The notes below the pieces were generated by a model that made no database searches, had not been told where the DNA came from, and saw nothing but the letters and a program-made list of their open reading frames with translations. A stretch of DNA of 64,000 nt from the human T2T-CHM13v2.0 reference genome, Homo sapiens. Where the stretch lies: the NCBI RefSeq assembly GCF_009914755.1, contig NC_060930.1; one strand, given 5' to 3'. Shown piece by piece: positions 44,671-62,128 of the stretch. The stretch's first letter is position 1. Every line of letters starts with the position of its first letter. Position numbers and translations under genes: made by a program.

Positions 44671-47600
44671 GGGTCAGCTTTTTAGAATGCATTTTATCTG
44701 CTGCAAGTTAAAAGAAATTTACTAGCCTTTGAATGAAACTGTAGAAGGAAAATCCTGAATTCCTAGATATCAAGGGATGGTTAGAGAACCCCCAAAAGTG
44801 CCGTATTGATCATTACAAAAAAAAGGGTAAAATGTACCCTTATAGTCTCTTCATTTAGTGCAATATCTTTATTGTGGTAAGTTATAAATTATTGATAGGG
44901 GCTTCTATAGTTTATTTTTCTACTTTTGGTCTCCTTATCCTATCTTCCCACTAGATTAAAAAATTCTCCCCAAATATATTCTGCTGTGGGGATTTTCAGA
45001 AATGTTAGCACCCTCACTGGGGAGGAATTACCTTCTACCTGTATTTCTGGAAGGGGAAGCTTATGTGAATCTCTAAAAAGAGAATTATATTGATGTTACG
45101 AAGTAAGTACTATAGGTGAAAGAGAGAATAAGAAAAAACTCGATGTTTAAAGGAGCATCTATTGAGTTACTCTGTGCAAGGCTGACCAACTCACCTTGTG
45201 ATCTTAGTCAAGCCATGTAATCTCCCTGAGCCTCAGTTTATTCATATATAAAATAAGCAAGTTGAACTCCTCTGTTCCCTGGTTCTTTGTAAATTCATTC
45301 ATTCTTAGATATTCATCATAAGCCTGTTGTGTTATTATTCAGCAGTTGAACAAGACAGATGCAGTCTTATCCTTGTAAGAAGACTTCTCTTTCCCCTATC
45401 TCTGCTGACCTGTCCTTCTCCCTGTTCTCTTATCTAGTAATTGGTTGGATAATGAGGAAGTGAAGCAATGTGAAATGCTTAATTACAAATTTGGGGACTC
45501 CGTCTGCTTTTATGGATGAAGTGGATTGACATTTTGGGGGGAAAAGTACCCTGTAAAAACATAGTTTATATATATTAAAAATGTTATTAAAATGAAAAAG
45601 TGATTTATCAGTTAGTGGTAAATTAATTGGCTGACTTGGGAGTGAAAATTATTTGACTTGGGAGACAAAATTACTCTCTAGACTGAGCTAGAGAGTAATT
45701 TTGTCTAAATTGAGGTATAGCAGATATAAAATGGAAAAGATTTATCTTTGATGTTGAGTAATTTTAAAAAATGCATTTGAGCTTCTTGGGAATAGTTACC
45801 CATCTTGATGTATTTGCTGAAGATCAGATGTAATTTTAAAAAAAATTTTTGGTAGAAAAATGTCTTTGGTATAAGTCAGGCCTATTATCTTGAGATTTAT
45901 GCCTTTATTCTGGAAAATTGAAATTTTTATCTCATAAAAGAGGAAAATAATTTGAATGGAGTTAATAAAAATGAAAGGAGTAAAATTTCACTTAGAAATA
46001 CAGTGAGGCATCCAAAATGAAGAAAAATCCCTTATTTGGCTTCTAGATCTAAAATGATATTCTAATCTATGCAGGTTGGTTCAAGAGCACTTTACCCCTG
46101 TTGGAGGCAGCCAGGTTAGCTTTATTGAATGTAAATCTCTGACTTCTCCCAAGATACCCATGAAAGCAACTAAATTCATTGGTTATTAGGCAGCAAGAGT
46201 AAGTTCAATTTTCTCTACACTTGTGACAATTAGAGGTTGGTTCTAGCCTGTCTAATGCTTAAGTTTCAAGGCTACCTGTATTTGAGAGCTGTTTTGGGGA
46301 GATAACCTTGTAACACATACATTTTAATGAGTACATTACTTTTACCACCTGCTGAAGTCGACTTGGAGTGACTACTGACCTGAAGTGAATGCCTGTGTTC
46401 AATATTAATATGGCATGTCTGGATCCAGACAGCAATCTTTCATTTTGACATGCACATAGTCAAAGTAAATTAATGTTTAAAACCCAAACACTTTAAGTTC
46501 AGCCAGTGTGTGCATTCCATAATAATCCTTCAGAAGCAGTTTACATAGAAATGCTGAGTGCTTTCTTATACTTTATTTATCATATGTATTGGGTCCACAT
46601 TGCAGTACTTATAACGAGATTTATCCAGTGCTGTTTTTGTTCCTTGTTTTGTGGAGGCTAAAGAAGTTAATTTATTTCAGGATTTAGTCTCTGCATATTT
46701 TAAGCAAAATTATACTTAAAAATCTTCATGTGCCTGGCAAGATAGTAGTCTAATTTCAGTTATATTATTTTTAGATGGAAAAAAAAATCAAGCTAATTGC
46801 ATACTTTATTTCTGCTCAAATGATCACCAATTTTTGAAAGTATAGTAGTAGTTTAAAAAAAGAAAAAAACTAGGCCCAGATATAGTGTATGTTTGTGACT
46901 ACATGTAACAAGGATATTGCTGATTTTCCTTTTCTCTCATACATACCATTTTCTAGTCTTGCTTTTATTGGTTAGAAAACATTCATGGCAGATGTAGTAA
47001 TGGGGAAATTATATTAACATTTAAGTATTAAATTAGCTTGTAGCCAGAGTCTCCTTCTAATATGATGACATTTAGCAAGTTCAGGATTTTAAGGACCATG
47101 TTGCGCAACTCATTGTTACACATTTCCTGTTTGCCTTTTTTGAAAAAGTATCTGAGATCTGTTTTTTCAGATTGGAAATTTCCATTGTGGATTTCAATGT
47201 TGTTGTTGTCATTTTACCTTGCTGGTCAGTGTTTGTTATTTATGTATTAAGAATATGTAGTATAGTGACCATAATGAGAATAGTAGGTGATTGGAGTTGT
47301 ATGCAAATGACAGTTTTCATAACACTTTTGCAGTTTAATTTCAACAAAAACCTCAAGTTATATTTATTAGCAAACATATTTCAGCTAAGGAGTTTTTTAT
47401 GCTCCAAAAAGATGGCAGATGGAAATGAACCTAATATGTGTTCAAAGAAAGTATGCTGCATTTATTTCAAATTGTATCTGATACATCAGCATGATGATTT
47501 ATATGTTGTCTTAGAATTAAAGTAGATGCCATACTTTTACTGTAAAAGTCAAAATTAGATTTCTTCTATATTTGACAGAATTTATTTTCTGTTCATAAAT

Positions 47601-50600
47601 AAATATAGTATTTGGTTTAGGATGTAGAACATCAAATAACAACTGTTAGATTATGCTTAATATATTTATCATTTTCTGAATTTTGGATGTTCTTAACATC
47701 AGAAAAATATGTCCTTTACCCATACAGTGACTTTAGATTGGATTTGGAAGCATTGTACAGAGAAGACCTATTGTTCCTATTGAATAAGGATGCCGTACAG
47801 AGATGAGCTTTTTGACCCACTGCTCTTCCAGTAGTAATGGATTTGCACTAATTTGAGCAGAGTATGCCACTTGGTCCTGTTTTTCAGTTGTCCTGTGTGA
47901 TGGCTGGCTAGCAAAATCAAACATCTGCATTTTGACTGTGGAAGGCAGTATAACTAGCTGGCTCATACTGGTTCAAATTTGCAACACTGATATGGTTAGT
48001 ATTATGGTGTCACTACCTGAATTAAGTAGTTGTGGCTAAATTGTTTATATTATATGAACATATTCGTTATTATTCTGCATGGAGAATTTTTGTCCTCATG
48101 GATTGTTTCATAAAGTGTTTTATTAGCTTGGATTAATTGGAAAATAAGCTTTTTAATATGGACCTCTCCCCTAGTCAGAGACTTTGCAAATGATTTCTAC
48201 AAAAATAAACTATAAAATAGATGATATAATGGGGCCTATTATTCCTGATTTGATTTTAATTTGCTTCCTTTTATAATTTTTCCACAATAAAACAGAGCCT
48301 CTCAGAAAGTAAAAGGATGTAATCCTAGCTCAGATGGTATAGGGTCCTTATGTCTTGAGCTATTATGATGGAAGGTACCCCTATACCTCCACTGATAGAA
48401 ATATGATGGGCAGACATTTTCTTTGGTGAAAAGTAGTTCATAGTTTACTGTGATATCCACTCCTTGGACTTACTTTAGAGGACTGTTTACTGAGGGCAAA
48501 ATATGTGCATGATTACATATAATCAAGGTTAATTTTTATCAAGGGTCACCATGTTTTTGCTATGGTCTGACAATCATGACCTACATTAAAAGAGCCCTGT
48601 GGGTCTGTCTGGTGTATTTTTGCTTGATGTCTGGGTAGTTTATTTCAGATGCTTGTCAGTTTCATTATATATTTTTGTTTGGGGCTCTTGCTGGATTTTC
48701 AGGTACACCATAAAAACAGTTCTCTTTGCAGTTAGATTGTCATGAAATAGCTTCTGTTTTATGGTATGAAAACACTCTTTAATCTTGAAGGGTGAGTAAT
48801 TTTGGGAACATTTTCCATTTGGTGGTGTGTTATGTTCAAATGGTAGGTTATTTTGAAATAGGATAGACTTTGCAGCTAAGATTCCAGATTTAGTTCAGTT
48901 AATTCATTCTTTAGTGAGTTTTTCTTGGGAAAATATTTTGGAATTTTCATTTCAAATGCATCCTCCTCATTTAAGAAAAATCCAGATGAGTAGTTTATTT
49001 CACAACATAATAACTAAATAGGATTTATAAAGCAGAAATTTATAAATCCTTTCTTTTGCTGGGACAAAGGCAATGGTGAAAATTAAAAAAAAATAAAGTT
49101 AGGACATTTAGGTAACTCAAAGACAGAACTTAATGGCTGTTAAGATTGGAGTATTTGGTTTTGTAGTTTTTAAACCATATTTAATTTTGGCCATATCTAT
49201 CTTATTTAGTAGTTTAAAGGATAAACAGTTCAAACAGTAAGAAAAAAGCAGTTTGTGTTTTGTCAGTTTTCAACTTTAGATATCAGTAAATCATTGCTGT
49301 AGCTTTCTTTATCTTTTGTTTGCACAAAAAACCTGTTAGAATTATGTCTGCGGGGACCATCTGCTGTGGTTCCCAGTCTTGTCAGTGTGATAAGGGATAA
49401 GCTGTATAAACAGGGGCACCACAAAAAAAAAAAAAAAAAAAAAGAAAGCAAACTGCTTTTAGAAGGGAAAAAGTATCCATTTAATTTTATAACATAGCCA
49501 CAGAAATTCATATGATTTTTCTCATAATCTATCAGAATTGAGGTTGTAATATATTTTTTCAGAAACCACAGGTCCAAGTTATTTCTATGGTTTATCTTCA
49601 CATTAATATTATATCTTTTTGATTACAGGGTTTCTATTTTGGAGGTCATAGCTTTTAAAAGTTCTTCGAAAATATTTCAGTATAGCACTTGACATTGCAA
49701 TATTTTTCACATTGTCTGCTTAGTTTCTGGATCTTTTTTTCCCTAGCCATTAATTTTTCTTTCAGTTGAATCCTCAGAAATCATCCTTTTCCTGTTTCAT
49801 TTGCAAGGAGGTCATGATGCTTCGTAAGGAACAAGGCAGTCATTTCCATGGCAACACACTCTATCAAAACATCACAAATCTGTCGTGCCCCTTACCTTTA
49901 AACTCTCAAATGCTAAGAGGAGGAGGTGTGTAAGGAGCAGCATTGTTCTTACAGCATAACTATACGATCACAAGGAGAGGGAAGTCAATTAATTGACTCA
50001 AAAGTACCTTAAGTTGACTTAGCTATAGACATATATATGTAAGGAATTTATCTTTTATATTGTATTAAACAGTGTTTTGAGGATGGAAAAATGAACATTC
50101 CAAAACTCTGATTTAAAGATCTTATTTAGTGTCTGTGAGAACTGTAAAAGAAGAATAAATAGCTGAGTTATGTCATACATGTAAACATGTTACACAGTTA
50201 CTCCAGTCATGAGAAGTCTACCTTTGCCTGGAGGCCCCAGCACATGTCTCTGTCAGTCATTTTGGCTTAAGCTAGGATATTTTCAGCATGATAGTGACAC
50301 CTATCTTTTAAACAAGTTCCAGAATTTTGTCAATTTTCTTTTTCTTTTTAACCATTAAGAGGAGGTGTTAGCAAGATGGCGTGACTCCTGGATATGGAAT
50401 AGGAGAACAATTGGTGTTTCATCATTACTGAAAATTTTATGCTCTTTGAAATCAGGTATGAAGTATAATAAAAATCAACAGTTTTATGAGATTTTGTGGT
50501 AAAGCAATTCTTATTTTATTAACTTCAAGTCTTCTGCATTTTCAGCATTTCATTTTATTCTGTAGCATTTTTACTCCTGGGTAATGCATTTATTTGTGTG

Positions 50601-52139
50601 ACCTGTGAAGATGGTAAATTTTGCAATGCTTAGCGCCTTCTGTTTCCCCATGTTCCTTGTAGCAAACTCTATGCTAGTCCTTATCATAGAACCTACCTAT
50701 TGTACTTTAGGAGTCAGCTCACAGGACTGACACCTCCCACTTGACTGTAGCCACCTTGGAGGCAGGAGCTTGCTTTTCTCTGTGTGTGGCGTGGAGCAGG
50801 TGTTCAATAATGTTTGTTGAGAGAACAGTGGTCAGAATGAATGGAATTAGTTGTTTGTGATAATGTTTATTTTCTCTATATGGCACAGGTATATATATAT
50901 TTTAGTTTTTTACTGTGTATGTCTAAAATGAGGTTGAAATATGTTCTCCATACCCATTTTGTATTTAACAATTTTTTTGTAGTGTATTTTGAAATCTTGG
51001 TAGGCTATTTCCTTTTGCCTTTTCAGGCCTCCATACACTCCTATTACAAGAGGACTTCTGTCTCTGTTCCACATTTCCCTTCGTTGTTGGCGACCTAACC
51101 TTGGTGACCGCAAGCGATCGGTTGTGAGAGAAAGAGCTGTAAGTGGGGAAGGCTTTCCGAGTCTATAGGTACTACCTGGTGGCAGTATTAACACATTTTA
51201 TTATGAACTATTTGACAGAGAAAAGGATTAAGAGAATAAGGACCAGTTATATATCACCTACTCAGATTTAGAAATGAAACATTACTGATATAGCTGCAGC
51301 CCTCCATGTAGGGGGCGGGGGTTAGGTGGGAGTATATTTTTCATTTTCACTTTGTACCTTTTTGCTCTACAAAAGCTTCAGACTTCAAAAGAAATCTTTC
51401 CTTGCTCTGTGCTTTCATAGTACTACCCCAGGCCTAAGTGTATTATTGAACCTGCCAGTGTATTATAACCATCTGTTCAGATGTCTGTCACCTCTACCAG
51501 GCTGTACTTCATCTTTGTGTTTTCAGTACCGTACATAATAGCTAGAATGGAATAGGTGCTCAGTAAGTGCTTGTTGTGTGAATGACTGAATGAATGAATA
51601 GGTACAATTCTTTTCTCAAAATACCATGTTAATGTAGGATTCTGTTTAGCAAAACTATTTCCTTGTCTAGCCCATAGTTACAGGGCCTTGGTGCTCTGAT
51701 TTGAACAAATTGAATTAAACATAAAATCCTGTAGAACAGATGCATTTACAAGTCTCTGCTCACACAGCTGCTGGTCTATTTAATAAAAACATTGCTGTTT
51801 TGATTGGGTATTCATAGCCTTTCTTTTTGTTAACTCTATTAGTATCATGGTATAAGCAGACTACAGTCTAGGGAAGATGAGTGGAAGAATGAGCCAGTGA
51901 TCAGAACTCAGAGAGACAATAGGAGATGGATGTCAAGAAGATGGATGGGGAAAATGTTTTAGTCTTAGGTGTAGTTACAATAAAAAGAACAAATACATGT
52001 ATTTGTCTTCCCTGGACTATATGTCATAAATCTCTGACTCCATATTTCTTATGCAGTTATTGTAACCTTCCTTCCCCTAAACCACCTAAGTATGTATAAC
52101 ATTCCTACTCTAAATTACAAAAAATCGATACTGATGCAT

Positions 52140-52490
52140 TTGCTTTTTAAATTTTTAAAAATTCAGGTATAATTTATATCCAATAAAATGCATAGATCTT
52201 AAGCATTCAGTTGAGTGAATTTTTTTTCCCATTTATGCACCTATGTAAACACTACCCCAAACAAGGTAGGGGATATTTCCATCACCCCAGAAAAATTTTT
52301 CCTACCTCTCTCCCATCAACCCTCCTTTTCCCTTCCCCTCCCCTCTGCAGCAGCCACTTTCTGATTCTGATTTCACTTGTTCTTGGGAGTCATATGAATG
52401 GACTCATAGTATGTACTTTTATGTCTGGCTTCTTTTATTCAAGATACTGTTTTTGGATTCATCCATGTTGTTGCATGTATAAATTCGATT
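52140..52490 (-). mobile_element. Old L1M 3' end fragment
   Basis: ggtataatttata...aataaaatgcatagatcttaag...atttccatcaccccagaaa. Confidence 0.75.
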
Positions 52491-52944
52491 TGCTTCTAGC
52501 AACAGAAATGTGTATACTAGCAATCAAATACAAATTTACTTTTACCTTAAAGTTGAGAGATTGAGTAGTGCTTTTTTAAGAGGATTGTTAGTAGACTTCC
52601 ACAGCAACTCACATATATTGAGTGCCAGTCCCTACGCTCAGTGCTTTACACACATTATCTTATTTAATTGTGTTTTGTGATTGTTTGTTTAGTTGTTTAC
52701 TTAATTCTCTACGGCAGACATGTTCGGTGAAAGCATTGACATCTGATGAAGAAGTTGACTTGGTGTTTGACAAAAGAAACTGTCTTGTGATATAAAATTC
52801 TGATTGTTTTCTCAGGACTAAGTACTAAGCATTGTTTATGGCAGGCATCGATGAGCTTAAATCATGAAACAGGAGGAAAAGTGTAAAAGGACAATGGAAG
52901 AGAGTTACTGGGTGGGAAAGAAAGAAGTGCAGTAGCTAGTTTAG

Positions 52945-53257
<313 letters not shown>

Positions 53258-53479
53258 CAAAGTTGCCTTTCTTCATAGAAGAAAGTTGCAAAATATACAT
53301 GAATGAAAGTATATTACATACAATACGGATGCCTGAAAAAAAGCATATGTAAATTGTGCTTAGCCTCTCAAAGATGCTTGTAATCAGTGCCCTTATTTTT
53401 GTTCAGAATTATATCAACCTAGTTTTGAGTTTTTACATATAGCTTTTGTTTTACCAGCACATATGTAATACCTGTTATG

Positions 53480-53695
53480 GTGCCAGTTCATTGTCCTAAT
53501 TGCTTTATGTATATTAATTCTCAAAACTCTGTGAAGTGGGAATTTTTTCTGTTTTTTAGTCCCTGTTTTCCCCATGAGGATACTGATGTAATACGAAGTT
53601 AAAGAACTGGACCAGAGTCACATAGGTAGTGCAAGTGGGGCTGGAATTCTAACCTGGCTGGTCTGATTTCAGAGCCCGTGCTCTTAATCACTGCA
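53480..53695 (-). mobile_element. MIR
   Basis: atgaggatactga...gttaaagaactggaccagagtcaca...cagagcccgtgctcttaatcact. Confidence 0.75.
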
Positions 53696-54678
53696 CCGGG
53701 TGCCTCAGCCTCCCCTCTCCCTAACATGCTCCTCATTCGTCCTTGATCCTAGGGATGATGCTGGTTGAGTATTTCAAGGTTTGTAAAGATTGACAGTATC
53801 AAAACAGATGTAGCAACTGGGACTTTGATAATTTCTATAATTCACAAAATAGATCTTAAAATTGCATAGTTCTGTTTTTTGTAGGGGAGGGAAGGATATG
53901 TAGGAAGGGATGATTTATAATTTGAAATCTGGCAGCAGTAGAGCAAGTACCTTAAGCCTCAGCAAAGCTAATTACATAACCAATTTTGTGCTTATTCAAG
54001 GCTGTATTTATAGTAGATTGGTGTTTCTGGGCTAGTTGGTCGTAGACCCTGGGAGTGAGAGACCATAGGGACGGTCTGTGAATGTACGTATGTTTGAATT
54101 AGGCAATGGCAATTGGAAGTATTTTATTACCACATGAGGTCCTTGTACTCAGATTGGGCACACCTGCAGTAGGTCGTTGACATTTGTGAATCTAACATTT
54201 GGGGTTTCAATTATTTTCAAGCCCCCAGAAAGTCCATGACATTCAGTAGTTTGTTATGAAAATAATATCAGTTTCATAGAGTTGTGGGGTTCTGAGAATT
54301 AAATAAAAATAATGTATGTAGGCGTTAGCTGCTGGAAGGCTGGAATACAGATTCTAGTCATTTGGTGAGTGAGTGAACCTAGCAGAGGTCCTCCCGTGTC
54401 TGCTTGTGACATTCTGCATTTGGGAGTCTCAGGATGCATCAGTGACTGTGCTGTCGGTGCACTATTATGGCCACTTCTCATCCTTGCTGGACTGTGAGTC
54501 TTCTCTAGACTCAGGGCTTCAGAGTTACTTCTGCCCCTGTGTCCTTCATGGAACACTTACTTTTTACTTCTGTTTGGTCTTTCAATATAAAGTTCCTTTA
54601 TTTTTAATTACCAAACTTCCCTCTCCAGGTTATAAGTAAGGTGGTTTTTGGCCATCACCTTTCTTAGCTATGGGTTAA

Positions 54679-55052
<374 letters not shown>

Positions 55053-58000
55053 ATACTTTTAATTTTTAAACCTTAAAATACATTATTAATTTTTCCAAGA
55101 GAAGCCCCGATATTTTTGTAGCTTGGCCTCCAGAGCCTCAGTTATCCCTGATGTAGTAGATCATCTCTTTGCTTCCAACTAAAGTGGAGCATTGGATGTT
55201 GTTTGTTAAGGAGTGATTTTCCCATTTACTAACTCATAAAATTTGCTGACTGTGTTTTTTGGTAAGAAGTCTTATAATGCTTTCAATTTCATAAGAGTCA
55301 TTTTCATAGAGTCCATGCAATATACACTTAGAGTGTAAAAGATACTGAGTTAGATGCTGTAGGGGCTCCAGAAATGAAGTCCTGTCTTTCATTCTTACAA
55401 AGTGTTCATCCTTTTAAGTTCCTTGTTAATGTTTGGGGCAAACTAAATATAATTTTTTGGTTAGACTTTAGGTAAATATTTGAAGAAAAATTTTATATGC
55501 TATATTAAATTTTTATTTTATCACAAGTTTCATTAACTTTCACTTTTAATGCCATTCTTTATGAAATGTCAGTGTTAGAGTGACCCCAGTAGTGTGACAG
55601 GCAAAAGGGTCAGTAATGATGGCTTCTTTAGTAGCCTTCAGAACTGAGCAGTTTGAGATTAACAGCCAATATGAACTGCCTGCAGTAATCATTAAAATAT
55701 AATCTCCAGTTTTGGTATGATTTTACGTATCTATAATTTATAATAAATGTCTTGAAGTTGCAGGTTTTTTTCCTTTGCAATGAATCAATAAATTATGTCA
55801 CAACCCTTAACCCCAAGTTTTTGCTTTAGCAATTCAGGATAATGCCAAAAACTTACTTAGCTTTTAGTCTGTGCCAGGCATTGTTCTGAACAAGGTACAT
55901 ACAATGCTGTCTTGTAGACCCTGGATTTGGAAAGCCCCCAATCCCTTTATAAAGCATATGTATAAGTTGTATAGATAAGTGTATTTTCAAAAGTAAACAT
56001 ATAAAAATTCATAATTGATATTTGAGGATCAAATATTTTCCTCATTTATGTATCTAACCCACAAAAATTTAATTGTTTATAAGACATTTTATGGAGACCT
56101 TTACATTTATATGAAGTAAAATTTAATATGTTCCTTAACTATCCAATATATTTGAGTATCTGTGAGATATGCTATGTGCTGAGGGATACAATTAAAAAAT
56201 AGAAAAGATTTGATTCTTGTCTTTATTTTTTCAATTATTTCAGGTGGCAAACACAGATGGTCACAATATAATGTGACACCTCCATTTTCCCAATGAGAAT
56301 ATTAAATAAATTGTTTTGACTAACTTGAATATGTAAACTTTAGAGATGAAGATGAATTTCTGTATATTTATTTAAGTTATACATACATATTTAAAATAGC
56401 ATTATATGAGATAATTTTCAAATGTAACTCTTCTCTCCTGGCTTTTCATGAAGCAATTTTATCTAAACTCTTCAAATGCATCTTTGACATATGAGGGTTT
56501 TTTTCCTCTCTAGAACCTCTTTTTGAGTTGTCTGACACAGTTTTCTACGGTTCCATTTGAATTGTCTGAAATCCAACCTATTTTGAATCTATTTACGTTG
56601 TGGTCACTGGAAATTTTCTCTCAGGAGCCCCTCCATTCTCATTATTAAAGATCAGTTGGTTTTCTTTTTCCTCCTGTAGAAGCATGTATGTTGATCTCTG
56701 TAGTGTAGGCACTTATTATAATACTTAAAAAAAGTCATTTTTGCAAGGCTTGTTTACAATGAAATCCAATATTTGCCAATGTGAGGCAATATCCCTAGGA
56801 GTTAAATCTGTGTTAAATCTCATCGCAGCTTTTACTGCAATTTTTACTGATTCAGATGATTGTTTCTGGGGGACTTCTCTAAGCTTCCACAGATCCTGTT
56901 ACTTAGGGTAATGTCTTCTCCAAGTGATACTCTGTTATTCAAAGTAGGACTGGAGAGAGTAAAAAGAGGTTCTGGTAATAAGAAAGACTTTCTATGGACT
57001 TTATTAATAGAAATAGAAAACAATTTCCTATTTTCTGAGGGATTTTTTTTGGGAAAAGTAAACTTTGCCTTACACTTGGGCATTTGTTGAGTTGCCAGCT
57101 AACATCTCTTAGCGGGGAGTTGGTAGATAGGTTCTATTTAACCCAGTGTTTTTCATGCTGTTCTATTCACCACTGCATACTGCTTTGCCTTGCCGTGAAG
57201 TGTACTCTTTTTACCCAATTCCTCATTTTCATATTTCTGTTTTCATAGTATCTTGTTAGACTTTTACTTCTTGAGTCAGATGAAGAAAACTTAATCAGTA
57301 TTGATGTCTTCAGTATCATAAATATCTGTAACTCTTACTTTGAATGTAAGAGTAATGTTCTGATTACTGCTAAGATTCTACCAAATTGACTTTCAGTACA
57401 TATTGATGTATTTCTGGAATGAATGTTCCTGTGATCTTGGCTTGCAGATGAAAACCTTAATATTTGAATCAGACTGGTGCAATGTGGAAAGACAAAATAC
57501 ACACTTGAAATATTTGCATGATAATCTACGGAACAAAAACATTTAGTGGGAGTGGTGGTAGAATGTTTCCAGGATCAACACTTGAATGCTGTGAGAGAAC
57601 TATTTTTTTTTTTAATGGATGGCAGGTGGCAGAGTTGAAAAACAGGTTTTTATAATGGAAATGCTAAGAGTCTTAGCTATAGGAGTATGAATGGTATTGT
57701 TACAATAGATATAATAGATGTATTGCATTATCTTATCTCATCAGACACTTTTGTTAGTAAAAGCGCCCCCCCCCCACTAGTTTCAGTCTGCTCTTGCAGA
57801 GAATCACTCCTCTCAACAATTTTTGCTACTTACAAAATTTTTGAGATTCAAGATATCTTTAATCTGTCGAGTTTCAGCAGATTTAATAAGCATAAATTTA
57901 TTTTATTAAAAATATTTTAAGTCAGGAAAGTAAGTATAGGAAACAGACCAGATGTAATTCAGATTACAGGATCTGGATTTGCCCCTTTAATGAATGTCAG

Positions 58001-58769
58001 CTATGCTGGCAATATTCTGCTGGTTTCCTTTTTTTTTTTTTTTTTAACATTACTACTCATATTTCACATTTGATTTGTTTTCAATATCCTTACTCTTAGG
58101 AAGGGGCTTAGGAAATTGAATTACATTTTATATGTTTAGTTCCTAATCTCATTCTTATTTTAATACCTGTTCAGATTCTTAAGGCTTTTTGTAAATAGGG
58201 GTCTGTGGTGTCTGTAAGTCTGGGGGCCTAGGAGGGAGTCTCACACAGGAGTCCGGTTTGATCACAGTGGATAGGGTACTCTACAGTGTGCTTAAAGGCA
58301 AGGGGGCTCTAAGAAAGAGCAGCCCTGGTCAGTGTGTTCTGAGAAAGCAGGGCAGTGTCTGAGAGGTGAGTTAAAATAGGAGTGAGTAGTCACCATTTTG
58401 GGATATTAGACAGGAAGTGCTTTCTGTACATGCAGGCTGGAAATGCACACAACCCTCCTGCCCCATCCGTGAGCAGTCCAGTGTGGGGAGAGGAAGGAAG
58501 GTGGGATGTGGTTGGTCATAACTGTGATCCCTTTTCTTCTCTATAATGCTGAGTGTTCACAATTGAGAACTGACTGGTGAGTCCTTGGTGAGTTAAGGCT
58601 TAAGCTGAGGTCCCTGGGTAGTTAGGTAGTTCTAAGAATGTATTTGTTCAATAGAACTTTTGAATAACTTCACTTAGCTAGCTTGTTAGTGCTAGGAACC
58701 CAAAGATGACAAACAGCCCATTCCTCTGAAAAACTGTGACTCTGGTGAGGTGCATAGTTATTTAGACCT

Positions 58770-60770
<2,001 letters not shown>

Positions 60771-60846
60771 TGGAAGCCAAGATTTATATCATGTTCTGAG
60801 GTTTACAAAGGCCAGATGAAGTGAACACCTTTTCTACTTCTCTTGA

Positions 60847-61267
<421 letters not shown>

Positions 61268-61365
61268 TCCTTCTTTTCATTTTAGGGGATGAGAGTTCGA
61301 AGCTAACAGATAATAAAACTTATAAATTATCTACAAACCAAGAATCTGAATTGTTGAAATTTTCA

Positions 61366-62128
<763 letters not shown>

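Noticed and set aside
58200-58620. GC-richer segment resembling an old LTR
   Set aside because: I could not identify termini or a family by eye.
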